A DNA stretch of 62,885 nucleotides, counting the filler, from Welwitschia mirabilis (taxonomy: Eukaryota), in the NCBI GenBank assembly GCA_051453625.1. It is 4 parts of one record of this genome, joined end to end, with 100 filler letters (N's around TTAATTAATTAA, not from the genome) between each part and the next. Parts side by side here need not be neighbours in the genome. Positions count along the whole stretch, not along the records: positions 1 to 27,519 come from JBOZIK010000001.1; 3 more parts are not named here. The stretch is one strand, 5' to 3'. Every line of letters starts with the position of its first letter. Position 1 is the first letter of the stretch. The translations under genes were made by a program, and so were the position numbers. A model generated the notes under the pieces. The model did not search any database. It was not told where the DNA came from and worked only from the letters and a program-made list of their open reading frames with translations. This document shows positions 1 through 12,200 of this stretch, piece after piece.

Positions 1-1290
1 CAAGCCACAACATGCAACTTCAAAGGCCTAAATGCTATCTTCTGTGCTATAGGTCCAGAATATTTTAAAAGAGTTGTGAATTGTACCACTACCAAAGAAG
101 CATGGGATATCTTGGAAACCACTCACAAGGGAACAAATCTAGTAAAGTAGGCTAAGTTTCAAATGCTAATCACCTAGTTTGAAGACCAAAAGATGGAAGA
201 TGATGAAGGTATAAATAATTTATTTTCAAAGCTAACGGATATTGTAAACTATATGCATAAATTAGGTGAACCAATTGAAGAATCAAGAGTGGTTTACAAA
301 GCCTTGAGATCTCTGCCAAAAAGGTTCGAATCAAAAGTGGCTGCTATAAAGGAAAGCAAGGACCTAAACATCATGAAACTAAATGAACTCCAAGGAAACC
401 TTCATACTTTTGAGCTCAAATTTGGAAAACAGAAGAAGAAGAGTATGGCATTATCTACCACACATGAAGTTCCTAAAATCAAGGATGGATCTGACCTAGA
501 ACTAGATAGCGATGATGAGGTGGCTCTTCTAGCCAGAAGGTTCAGATGCTTCATGCAGAGACGACAAGATGGAGGTTAGTCTAGGAGACCACCAAGAAGA
601 AAAGAGGAAGGATGTCATGAAATTCAATGTTATTCTTATAAAGGTTTTGGTCACACATCAAATGTCTGTTCTAACAATAGAAAAGATGATAAAAGAAAGG
701 AAAAGAAAGTCCTATCTGCAACATAGGATGAGGAAGAAAGTGAAAGTAAATAAAAATCAGATTTAGAATGTGATGGTATCTCTCTTATGACTATCGTCAA
801 TGAAAAGGTATGTTCTACTTCTCACATTGATTTAGTTATTAGTGAAGATACACGTAATGATATTGAATTGGAATTATATTTGGAATGTCAAAATCTAGCT
901 CATAGAGTAAACCAACTGAGAAAATAAAATAAGCTCCTTCTAGATAATCTTAAGATTAGGAAAAAGAAAAATAAAGACCTAAAAAGTAACTTTGCCTCAA
1001 CCTCCTATAGAGTTAAGTATCAAGCTTCTCAAAAATCGGTCCCTAGCTCATTCAATTCTTATTAGTACTCATATTTCAAACCTTTTTCTAAGTGAAACTC
1101 CAAAAATTCTTTAGCTAATATCACCTATCGTTATTGCAACAAAAAGGGTCATTCTAAGGTTGACTGTATCTTTCGCAAAAGTTGGTTTTCTCACTCTAGA
1201 TTAAGTTTATTTTCTCCAAAAAGTCTCATCCTATTGCAAACAAAAATAAGTACCCGAGGTGGATCCCAAAATCCATAACTAAAAGCCTTT
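1..1290 (+). pseudogene. gag: gag remnant of Sirevirus A (UBN2/Retrotran_gag_2-type, two zinc knuckles)
   Basis: ORF 193-579 reads ...KALRSLPKRFESKVAAIKESKDL...LQGNLHTFE. Degenerate CCHC knuckles EIQCYSYKGFGHTSNVC (~620-670) and ITYRYCNKKGHSKVDC (~1120-1168). Stops and frameshifts are present. Confidence 0.85.
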
Positions 1291-3246
1291 TGATCCAAAC
1301 GGATTTAAGAGCAACTAATCATTCTTGTTGGTATCTAGATAGTAGGTGCTCAAGGCATATGGTAGGTAACAAATAAAACTTTATCATCTTTAAGGAATAC
1401 AATGAAAGAGAAGTTACATTTAGGGATAATGGAAGAGCTTAGATTGAAAGATTTTTGGAAGCATTGGTGGAGGTAACTTACTAAATATTCACAATGTTTT
1501 ATTTGTCAATGGATTGAAGCATAATTTATCAAGCATTAATTAGATTTATGATAAGGGTGATAAAGTATTTTTCAATGAAAACAAATTATTTTGAAACACG
1601 AAAAAAATAATCAACCTATACTCATAGCAAATAGACATAAAAATTTATATTGTGTAAATCAATTGAATAACTCTACATGTCTATCTTTTTATACTCAAGA
1701 TGACATTATCTAGCATCAGCATTTAGGTTACATTAATTTTGATACTTTATAAAAATTATGTCATGATGAGATAGTTAGAGATCTTTCTAAAATCCCTTTT
1801 TCTCACAAAGAATTATGTGATGCTTGTCAGAAGGGAAAATAAACCAGAAAATTCCATAAAAAAGTTAGCAATATCACAACTAGTAAAACCTTGAACTTAA
1901 TTCATATGAATTTAGTTGGGCCTATCCAAATTGTGAGTCTATCTATAAAAAGATATTTTTTAGTTATGGTTGATGATTTCTTTATATTTTCATGGGTAGC
2001 ATTTCTTTATGCAAAATCCACTGCCTATAAAAATTTTGTTAAAATTTGCAAAAAGCTTCAAACACAAAAGGGGTATATAATAAAGAAAATATGAAGTGAT
2101 CATGGTAAAAAGTTTGAGAATGAAAGATTCAAAATTTATTTCTACTCAAATAGAATTGGCCATGAGTTTTCAGCCCTTACAATCCCTCAACAAAATGGAA
2201 TAGCTAAAAAAAAAAAATCAAACCTTACTAGATATGGCTTGAGTAATATTAAATGATAAAAACATCACAAAATGGTTTTGGACTAAAGCAGTAAACATGA
2301 CATGTTATATATCTAACAAGTTTTATTTGAGACTTAGAACTTCTAAAACTCCTTATGAACTTTAGAAAGTTAAAAACCAAATATATCATATTTTAAAACT
2401 TTTGGGAGTAAATGCTTCATCTTGAAAGATAGAGAGGAATTAGCAAAATTTGATGCTAAATCAGATGAGGAAATATTTTTAGAATACTCTCAATCTAGTA
2501 GAGCCTATGGAGTTTTTAATAAAATAAATCTTCATATGGAAGAATTAATTAATGTAAAAATACATGATATCTCAGATTCTTTGAAGTCTATTAACCTTGA
2601 TGAAGATCCTATTCCCTCTTGCTCTATTAACCAAATGGATGAAAACTCAAGAGATAAGCAACTACAAAAATTAAGGAACTCAAAGATCATCCTTTGGATT
2701 CTATTATTGGAAATGTTTAGTAAGGTATCATTATCAAAAATTCTCTTAATTACTTTAGTGCTCATGTCTCCCTTTTGTTTTAAATCAAACCTAAATCTTT
2801 TGAAGAGGCTGAATCTGATTCAAGTTGGTGCCATGCAAGAGGAACTTGAAAAATTCACTAGAAATAAGGTTTGGATACTTGTCCCAAAACCAATAGGAAA
2901 AAATGTCATAGGCACATAGTGGATTTTCAGAAATAAAGTAAATGAGAACAATGAAATCACAAAGAATAAAGCTAAACTAGTAGCTCAAGGGTATTCCCAA
3001 ATACAAGGAGTAGATTATGAAGACACATTTGCTTCAGTTGCTAGATTGAAATCAATTAAGATATTTCTAGCTTTTACCTATTTCAAGGAAATGAGAGTCT
3101 TTCAAATGGATGTAAAAAGTGCATTTCTTAATAAAGATATTGAAGAAGAAGTATATGTTAAGCAACTCAAAGTTTTTCTAATCCTCACAAACCTAAATAT
3201 GTCTATAGACTTAACAAAGCCTTGTATGGGTTAAAACAAGCTCCCT
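1291..3246 (+). pseudogene. pol: pol remnant, piece 1: aspartic protease, integrase, N-terminal RT
   Basis: Protease WYLDSRCSRHM (~1329); IN zinc domain HLGYINF...LCDACQKGK (~1720-1840); IN core LIHMNLVGP/VMVDDF/SDHGKKF/PQQNG; GKFD-like AKFDAKSDE; RT AMQEELEKF...KNKAKLVAQGYSQ...QMDVKSAFL. Many TGG>TAG/TGA and CAA>TAA stops. Confidence 0.9.
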
Positions 3247-3346
3247 NNNNNNNNNNNNNNNNNNNNNNNNNNNNNNNNNNNNNNNNNNNNNNNNNNNNNN
3301 NNNNNNNNNNNNNNNNNNNNNNNNNNNNNNNNNNNNNNNNNNNNNN

Positions 3347-5410
3347 TTTATTACAACTAAAATGGAATTAGCTATGAGTTTTCAGCCCCTAAAACACCTT
3401 AACAAAATGGAATAGTTGAAAGAAAAACTCGAACCTTACTAGATATGGCTAGAGTAATGTTAAATGACAAAAACATTCCAAAATGGTTTTGGGCTAAAGT
3501 AGTGAACATGGCATGTCATGTATCTAACATAGTTTATTTGAGGCCTGGAACTTCTAAAACTTCTTATGAACTTTGGAAAGGTAAAAAACCAAATATATCT
3601 TACTTTAAAACTTTTGGGAGTAAATGCTTCATTTTGAGAGATAGAGAGTAAGTAGCAAAATTTGATGCTAAATCAGATGAGGGGATCTTTTTAGAATACT
3701 CTCAATCTAGTAGAGTCTATAGAGTTTTTAATTAAAAAACTCTTCATATGGAAGAATCAATTAATGTAAAAATACATGATTTCTCAGATTCTTCGAATTC
3801 CATTAACCTTGATGAAGATCCTATTCCCTCTTGCTCTGTTAATCAAACAGATGAAAACTCGAGAGATAAAGCAACTCTAGAAATGAAGGAACTCAAGCAT
3901 CATCCTTTGGATGCTATTATTGAAAATGTTCAGTAAGGTATCATTACCAAAAATTCTCTTAAGAACTTTAGTGCTCATGTCCCCCTTTTGTCTCAAATCG
4001 AACCTAAATCTTTTGAAGAGTTTGAATCTGATCCAAGTTTGATCAATGTCATGCAAGAGGAACTTGAACAATTCATTAGAAATAAGGTTTGTACACTTGT
4101 TCCAAAACCAACAGGAAAAAATGTCATAGGCACAAAGTGGATTTTCAGTAATAAAGTAAATGAGAACAATGAAATTACAGATAATAAAGCTATAAGGATA
4201 TTCCCAAATATAAGGAGTAGATTGTGGAGATACATTTGCTCTGGTTGCTAAATTGGAATCAATCAGGATGTTTTTAGCTTTTGCCTATTTCAAGAAAATG
4301 AAAGTCTTTCAAATGGATGTAAAAAATGAATTTCTTAATGAAAATATTAAAGAAGAAGTATATGTTAAGCAACCTCAAGGTTTTTTTGATCCTTACAAAC
4401 CTGAATATGTCTATAGACTTAATAAAGCCTTGCATGGGTTAAAATAAGCTCCCAGAGCATGGTGTGAAAAGCTTTTATTATTCTTGCTTCAACATGGTTT
4501 TTCTAGAGGCTCCATTAATAGAATTTTATTTAGAAAGGTTTTGAATAATGATTTAATTCTAGTGAAAATCTATGTTGATGATATGATTTTTGGATGATGA
4601 TATGAAAACTTGTCAAATGATTTTGCAAAACTCATGAGTTCTGAATTTGAAATAAGCATGGTTAAACCTGTAAATATGTTTTTGGGTTTAGAAATTCAGC
4701 AACACAAACAGGGAATCTTTATCGATCAAAATAAATACTCTTTAGATTTAATAAAAAAGTTCAAACTAGAAAAAATGCAAAGTGTATGGACTCTCCAATG
4801 GCCACAAATGTTAAACTTTCTTTAGATGCACGTGACAAGGATATGGATCAAAAAGCATATCATGGAATTATGGAAAGTCTATTATATCTAATGGCTAATC
4901 ACCCCAATATAGCCTTTAGTATTGGTTTGTATGCCAAGTATCAAAGGAAACCTAAGGAATCACATCTTACAGCAGCAAAGAAAATACTTCTCTATGTGAA
5001 AAGTACTCTAGATTTTAGCTTATAGTTTTTAAATGATACTTCTTTAAGCTTAATAGGATATAGCAATGCATATTGGGCTAGATGCAAAGATGATCGTAAG
5101 AGCACAAGTGGTGGATGGTTTTTCTTTGGAAATTGTCTCACAGCCTAATATAGCACGAAACAATGCTCTATATCTCTTTCTACCATTGGAAGTACCAATC
5201 CTTTGTGACAACTCAAATGCAATTCAAATAGCTCACAACCCAGTTTAACACACTCGTACTAAGCACATCGATATCAGGTATCATTTTATTCATGAATTAG
5301 TAGAAAAAAATAATATCTTTAGAGTATGTATGTATAGAAGATTAATTGGCAGATATTTTTATGAAACCTTTATCTTTAGAACCTTTTTCAACCCTTTACT
5401 ATTTTTTGGG
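3347..5410 (+). pseudogene. pol: pol remnant, piece 2: IN C-terminus, RT, RNase H (re-covers ~2140-3246)
   Basis: TSYELWKGKKPNISYFKTFGSKCF; QMDVKNEFL; YRLNKALHGLK; IYVDDMIFG (~4568); RNase H DDRKSTSG...CDNSNAI...TKHIDIRYHF...LADIFMKPL. Confidence 0.9.
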
Positions 5411-5822
5411 TATCAAGTCCGAAAAGGACTTACCTCATCCAACCTCATCTGAATAACAAAATTTAGTGGGGGGGTTCAAAAATTTACTTTTCATATATAT
5501 TTTGAACCTCGTTCATCCTCTTTCCCAAGTAGGGCGACTGCTTTTCTCTTAAATTTCATATTGTTAAATTTTCCTTTTATTAGGTCGATCATATGTTCAA
5601 TTGGGTTGATCGAGTTTTATTCAGATTTCGACTATAAAATTTTCATCTCGTAGAGTTGACCGCTCAATTCATTGGGTCGACCACTGCCTTACTATTAGGT
5701 TTTTAAAATTTTACATGGGTTTNNNNNNNNNNNNNNNNNNNNNNNNNNNNNNNNNNNNNNNNNNNNNNNNNNNNNNNNNNNNNNNNNNNNNNNNNNNNNN
5801 NNNNNNNNNNNNNNNNNNNNNN

Positions 5823-6525
5823 CCACAAATGTTAAACTTTCTTTAGATAAACATGGTAAGGATGTGGATCAAAAGATATATCATAGTATTATTGGAAGTC
5901 TATTATATCTAATAGCTAGACGTCCTGATATCACCTTTAGTATTGGTTTATATACCATGTATTAAAGCAAACTTAAGGAATGACATCTTATAATTGCAAA
6001 GAGAATACTTCACTATTAAAAGGTACTCTAGATTTTGGCTTATGGCTTTCAAATGATACTTCCTTAAGCTTAATAGGATATAGCAATGTGGATTAGGCTG
6101 GATGCAAAGATAATCACAAGAGCACTAGTGGGAAATGTTTTTTCTTTGGCAATTATCTCATAACCTTGTATAGCAAGAAATAATTCTTTATATCTCTTTC
6201 TACTGTTTAATCTGAGTATATAGCCATTGGAGCATGTTGCACTTAGACCTTGTGGATAAAAGAGACTTTGAAGGACTATGGGATGAATATCATGGAAGTA
6301 CCAATCCTTTATAACAACTCAAATGCAATTCAAATAGCTCACAACCAAGTCCAACACACTTAAATCAAGCACATCAACATCAGATATGACTTTATTCATG
6401 AATTAGTAGAAAAGAAAATAATATCTTTAGAGTATGTATGTACAGAAGATCAATTGGTCGATATTTTGATGAAACATTTATCTTCTATTATTTTTTAACC
6501 CTTTGCTATTTTTTGGGTATCAAGT
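5823..6525 (+). pseudogene. pol: pol remnant, piece 3: RT C-terminus and complete RNase H (re-covers ~4802-5410)
   Basis: IGSLLYLIARRPDI; DNHKSTSGKCFFLG; ISLST..SEYIAIG; KHINIRYDFIHELVE; DQLVDILMK. Confidence 0.88.
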
Positions 6526-7098
6526 TTGAAAAGGACTTACCTCACCTAGCCGCATCTGAATAATAAAATTTAGTTGGATGGGGGTTCAAATCTTTACTTT
6601 TCATATATATTTGAATTCTAGTTGACGTCTTTCCCAAGTAAGGCAATCATTCTTCTCTTAGATTTTATGCTATTAAATTTTCCTGTTCCTGGGTCGATTA
6701 TACATTCAATTGAATCGACCATTTTAGTCCCAGTTTTTCCTGTAAAATCCTATAGAAATTAGGTTGACCAAATAATTAATTTCAGTCGATCTCTTTTAAA
6801 TGATATTCCCAGTCACCTATCTCACCTTTCATCTAGGTCGACTGAGTTTTATTTGGATTTTGACTGTAAAATTTTCTTCTTGCAGGGTCAACCACTTAAT
6901 TCATTGGATCCACTATTACCTTATTATTAGGTTTTTAAAATTTTACACAAGTTAATTGATCATTTGATTAGTCACCCGCGTTTAAGCGGTGTGCTGCGGA
7001 GTTTTAAAATCTTCCTGCCCTTTGTCTTTTCTTATATTTTTTGAAACCTCTTCTATCATTTTCTAAGCTTCTGGGGGATTCTCTTCCACTTTTCCTAC

Positions 7099-8127
7099 AT
7101 GATTTCTCTCAGATATAAGCTTAAAATAACTTCTTCTTAGCCAGGGGAGGGATCTATGTAAAGAATAAAGGAAGCTGCTATTAAACCTCTGAGTTATATG
7201 CTCTCTAGGATGAGCACAAAACAGCTAAGGCATTTTGAGAAGCATTTTGAGACTAGTCCCATAGCTCTAGAGAGAACCTGTGAGCCTATGTAATTTCTCA
7301 GCCTGATGGAGGTCTAGACTCTGCTAGAAGAAGTCAACTGGGGTTACTTTCTTTAAGTTTCTGGTACCTACTACCCTCTGGTAACTAGGTTGTTCTATTC
7401 AAATGCTAGGTATGATTCTTCTCAATTAACCTTCATTACTACAGTCTTTGGCCAAGAAATGTGCATTACTGTAGATCTCATAGCTTCCCTCACTAGCCTT
7501 TCAAGAGGGAACTAGGGTGAGTACTGGTCCATGGCTAAGTCATTTGAAGAGAAGGATGTAGACACTCACCATGTGTGTGGCACATACATCACTTGGAAGA
7601 AGACCCTTAAAGCTTTCTAGCTTCTTTTAAGATTTCGTCTTCTGTACCTACTTATGTCCTACAACTTTCTTCTAGTTGCTGGGCACAGAGATGAACTCTC
7701 TAACTATCGGGTCTTTCTCCTTTATGCGTTGCACCAAAGAAGAGACATAGATGCTCCTAGCATAATGCTCAAATATATGGCCAACCAGCTTCATCTGCAC
7801 AAACGATGTGCCCTACCCTATCCTGTCCTCATTACTTAGATTTTTTGTCACTTTGGCATTCCTTATCTCGTTAGGCAGGAGATCCAGAAGCTAATGGGGC
7901 CTATCGATCGTGCCACATTATCTAGGATGCACATTTTTGAGGAACTAGCCGCTCCTTCTAGGCCTAAGGTTAAGGCCTCTCAGACCATGGAGATCCTCCA
8001 TCTTCTGCATCGAATCAATTCATGGACTCGTCACATCAAGGAGGAACTGATTGCAAGTTGTACTCCAGTTGTTGATACCTCTTAGAGTGAGGTTGCTCAG
8101 TCTTCTGAATCCTCTGAGTCCGATTGA
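7099..8127 (+). pseudogene. env-like extra ORF of Sirevirus A (plant-transposon 'FYxN / LPYP' family), disrupted
   Basis: Manual translation gives ...WGYFL*VSGTYYPLVTRLFYSN...TVFGQEMCITVDLIA... and, via ORF 7654-7839, ...FLLYALHQRRDIDAPSIMLKYM...ALPYPVLIT*IFCHFGI. It sits between pol and the PPT. The start is approximate. Confidence 0.8.
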
Positions 8128-8189
8128 GTCTAGTTGTATGTCTTTATGTCTTCTAGTCTGTAGTTATCCTCCCTATCCTTGATTTTGTC

Positions 8190-8445
8190 AAAAAGGGGGA
8201 GAATAATTTGTACTATTTTGTCACTTCCTTTTGTCACTTCTTTCTATTGCAAATTGACAAAATGTAACTTTCACCATGTACTAAAACTTTTAAGTAATAT
8301 AAAGAAAATTATGTTTGGGTAAATTTCTTTTGATCTTTTCTAACATAAAACTCATTTAAATTTAATCACTTCAAAGATAAATGAGTTAGGAGGAGAATTC
8401 ATATGTTAAATTATTGTTTTTATTCACTCAATAACAAAGGGGGAG
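8190..8445 (+). promoter_or_regulatory. Multiple polypurine tracts of Sirevirus A
   Basis: AAAAAGGGGGAGAA at 8190-8203, degenerate AGGAGGAGA at ~8388, and AAAGGGGGAG at 8436-8445 followed by CT then TG of the LTR. Confidence 0.85.
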
Positions 8446-8671
8446 CTTGTTAAAAGCCCATTGTCATTGATTAATTTAATGAGTTTTTGTAGTTAGTCTT
8501 TTGTGCAGGTATTTCCTAGCACTGGGCGACTAACTTAAAATATCGGACAACCGACTATTAAAGAACTATGACACTACTTCAGGATCAGGCAATCGCACAT
8601 GTGAAACTAGGTAGCTAAAATGATACAGCATAAAGAAAACCAGTTTAAACATGGACGACTAATCATATTCA

Positions 8672-8865
8672 TATGGGCGATCGCATCACATGTAGTAAAA
8701 TCCAACCTGATAGCAGGATAGATGACCAACCAGATTCCTATGGGTGACTACATCACACACAGTAAAATCCAACCTGATAGCAGAATGGGTAACCGACCAG
8801 AGTCCTATAGGCAACTGCATCTCACGTAGTAAGAATCTATTTGATAGCAGTATGGGCGACCGACA
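8672..8865 (+). repeat. 67-bp tandem repeat (~3 copies) in U3 of LTR A
   Basis: The unit TATGGGCGA...CATCACA.GTAGTAAAATCCAACCTGATAGCAG recurs with CAT anchors at 8684, 8751 and 8818 (67-bp period). Confidence 0.85.
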
Positions 8866-9163
8866 ATTTCATGACTGGCGATTACACAACAATCGGTGGA
8901 ACCTAACTTTGGTGATTACAAGGTCGATCGAATAAACATGATAACAAGCCACCACATTTTGCCCAGAATTGGCCCTCATAAGGTTGACCAAATAGGAGTC
9001 GTCAGGGCGACCTAGTTAAAGTTGATCGCTTATTGAAATAAGGGCGACCGAACTTGCTCCTGTTCTGTACTAAGAAATCTGCGATAAGCAAGGGTGACCA
9101 AATGTTAGAATAAGGGTGACTTCAGATGCAGGAAATCAAAGTCTTACATAAGGTTAACCATAT

Positions 9164-9287
9164 AACGGAAAAATGTAACTATTATAAATACAACGGTTCA
9201 TTAGAAAAAGCACAACGGTTTCTTAAAAACTGCAACGGTATATTTCTTCCTATGAAAACAGCTGCCTTGTATGTCTTAAGTATAAAA
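9164..9287 (+). promoter_or_regulatory. LTR A core promoter: four AACGG motifs followed by a TATA box
   Basis: AACGG at 9164, 9192, 9214 and 9234; TATAAAAG at 9281. Confidence 0.6.
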
Positions 9288-9750
9288 GCTCTCCTCTAAT
9301 CAATAAAGGACACACACTAACTTGTAAAATATGAAATTGATAGGAACTATTATACTTTCTTATAGTACATCTAAATAATCTTCAAGTTTAGATTTCTGTT
9401 ATACTTGTATCATTGTACCTTCTTAAGAAGAAGAGATTGCTGCACCTTAGAGAAAACATCTGTGCATTAGTGCATCCTTCTTTCTATCATTTATTCATGT
9501 TTGTGGATAAGCCTTAAAATCCTCATTACTTATGAAAGGTTATTTGGTAAGCCTGAAAACCATTCTTGTGAGCAAATATATGCCAGCTAGGATGAGGAGT
9601 CTATAAAGCTAAAGGGCGGTGTCTATCCACCACTAAATACCTTATTTTTGTATTCGTTTATATTTATCATATTTGCAGGTTGTGAAAAACAAGGAAACAG
9701 GTTTTAAAAAGACCTATTCACCCCTCTCTAAGGTCGATCCTCGACTTTCA

Positions 9751-12200
9751 GTATTAAAATATTGGTCACATAAATAAGGCCTCACTAGAGACTTTATCTT
9801 AATAAGATATGATAAGAACTTCCCAAGTTATAAAGGTTTGATGATCAAGTATGCAAGGCTTATTAGAAAGAAAAGAAAATAATAATAAGATTTGGTAAGA
9901 AAAACTATATCACTAGTAAATATCTTTTAGATCTTCTGCATCTTAATAATTTTGGTCCTTCTTCCACTGAAAGTCTTGGTAAAAAATATATTACTTACTA
10001 TTGTTGATAATTATTCTTACTTCACAAGGATAACCTTCCTTGCACACATGGATGAGGTCTTTGACATCTTTTCTAAGTTGTATATTAAGTTATAGAATAA
10101 AAAACAATACGAGATCAAAGTAATAAGAACCAATAATGGCACTGAGTTCAAGAATGTAAGATTTAGATATTTTTGTGAATAGTTTGGTGTGCTTCACCAA
10201 TTCTATACACTAAGAATACCACAATAGAGTAGAGTCACTCAAAAAAAGAATAAGATTTTAAATGAAATGAAAAAAATCATGATGCATGATCAACAAGTTC
10301 CATATCATTTTTGGATATAAGTTATTAATACTATATGTTGTGTTTTCAATAGAGTGCTCGTAAGACAATTTACTTTTAAAAATTTATATGAACTATGATC
10401 TGATAAGAAAAACCTTAGTAAGTTATTTTAATGTATTTGGTTTTAGATGTTTCATTCTAAATGAAAAGGATAAGATAAGAAAATTTTATTTTAAATTTAA
10501 TAACTACATCTTTTTGGGTTATTCTATGGTTAGTTAAGTCTACCAAGTTTTTAACAATAAAACTCATGTAGTAGAGGAAACTATTGATGTTAAAATAGAT
10601 GATACTGACTTAACTTCTATTTGTATGCAAGATGATTATGTATCCATACAGCTTGATCAACCCTCTAGTAACCCTCAAGCATAATAAGATAGTGAGGAGG
10701 GGAAGGAAGAAGAAATTAAAAAGGTAACCTCTTCAAACATGCTCTAACTAAAAAAGAGCCATTCTACAAGTAATATCATTGGTAAGCCTTATGGTAATAT
10801 TACAACTCGAAGCTATACTAAGGAGTTTGTGGATTTGCAGCTTATATCTCATAAGTAGAACCTAGAAATTTCACTAAAGCAAAAATAAATGAGCATGAAA
10901 TGCTAGTAATACAAGAAGAATTAAATTAGTTTGAAAGGTGTAATATTTGGTACTCACTCCAAGGCCATCCAACAAACTAGTAATCAATACAAAATGGATC
11001 TTCAAAAATAAATGAAAATGATAATGCAATAAAAAATAAAGCAAGGCTAGCAGCAAAAAGTTACAATCAACAAAAAGGCATAGATTTTAAAGAAACTTTC
11101 ACACCGATGGTACATACAGAATCTATAAGAATTCCTTTGGCCTTTGCACATATCAAATAATCTAGAATTTATTAAATGAATGTTAAGAGTGCCTTTCTCA
11201 ATAAAGTACTTGAAGTATAGGTATAAATTAAGCAACCTAAAGGTNNNNNNNNNNAGCAAGCACCCAGATCCTGGTATGAAAGACTCTCAAGACATCTAAT
11301 AGAAAATAGATTTAAAAAAGTTACATCTAATGTTACTTTATTTATATTATAAAAATCTATGTGGATGATATCATTTTTTTATGCTAGTAGAGAATTATTA
11401 TGTAAAAAGTTTACTAAGGTTATGTAGGATGAATTTGAGATGAGTTTCATGGGAGAAATGAGTAAAAACCTAAATATACTAAAAAATTTATTAGCAAAGT
11501 ATGGATTATAGGATTGTAAGGTGAAATATATTCTAATGATCCAAAGCACAAAAATGGACAAGAATGAACATGGTAAGAAAGTTGATTAAAAGATACGTAG
11601 AGGTATGATTGATAGCTTATTATATCTTATAGCTAGTAGACTTGATATAAAATTAAGTATAGGAATTTGTACATATTATCAGAGTGATCCTAGAAAATTA
11701 CATCTTACTAATTAGGTCCTTTAGTATTCAAAGGCCTCCTTCCTTGATTTAATTGGGTATTGTGATGTAGACTAGGTAGGTTGCAAGGATGATAGAAGAA
11801 GAACTAGTGGAAATTACTTTTTTCTTAGGCAATGCTTGATGTCTTAGAGTAGTAAAAAGAAAAATTCAACTACTCTTTCTACCGTTAAAGTAGAGTACAT
11901 CAATGTTGAAAGTAACTATGCTTAGATACTTTACATGAAATAAATCTTAAATGACTTCATACTTAGTATGAAAAATATTCATATTTATTATGATAATAAG
12001 AGTGTTATTAAAATCTTGAATAATCCTATTTAGCACTTCAGAACTAAGAATATGACATCATTTATTTAGAGAGGATTATAAAACAAAGACATCACATTAG
12101 ACTATTTTAATTCTAATGATTAACTTACTCATATTTTCATCAAATTATTGAGGCAAAAAGGTTCATCAAACTATGCCAGAACTTAGCAATTGATCCTTGT
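9751..12200 (+). pseudogene. pol: pol remnant of element B (IN, RT, RNase H)
   Basis: GHINK...FDDQVCKAY*KEK; LDLLHLNNFGP; IVDNYSYFT; IRTNNGTEF; KARLAAKSYNQQKGIDFKETF; MNVKSAFL; QAPRSWYERLS; IYVDDI; DDRRRTSGNYFFLG. Heavily interrupted by stops. Confidence 0.85.

Larger units (their letters stand above)
1..9750 (+). mobile_element. Sirevirus (SIRE-lineage Ty1/copia) LTR retrotransposon A, degenerate; 5' LTR outside window; assembled as three overlapping paralogous pieces across gaps
   Basis: Domain order gag-PR-IN-RT-RH (copia), an extra env-like ORF after pol, several PPT copies, and a 3' LTR TG...CA with a C-rich ATTCACCCCTCTCT signal near its end, all typical of Sireviruses. Confidence 0.9.
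8448..9750 (+). repeat. 3' LTR of Sirevirus A (~1303 bp)
   Basis: Starts TGTTAAAAG 2 nt after the PPT and ends ...CCTATTCACCCCTCTCT...GACTTTCA. TATAAAA at 9281. A different element's integrase begins immediately after. Confidence 0.85.
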
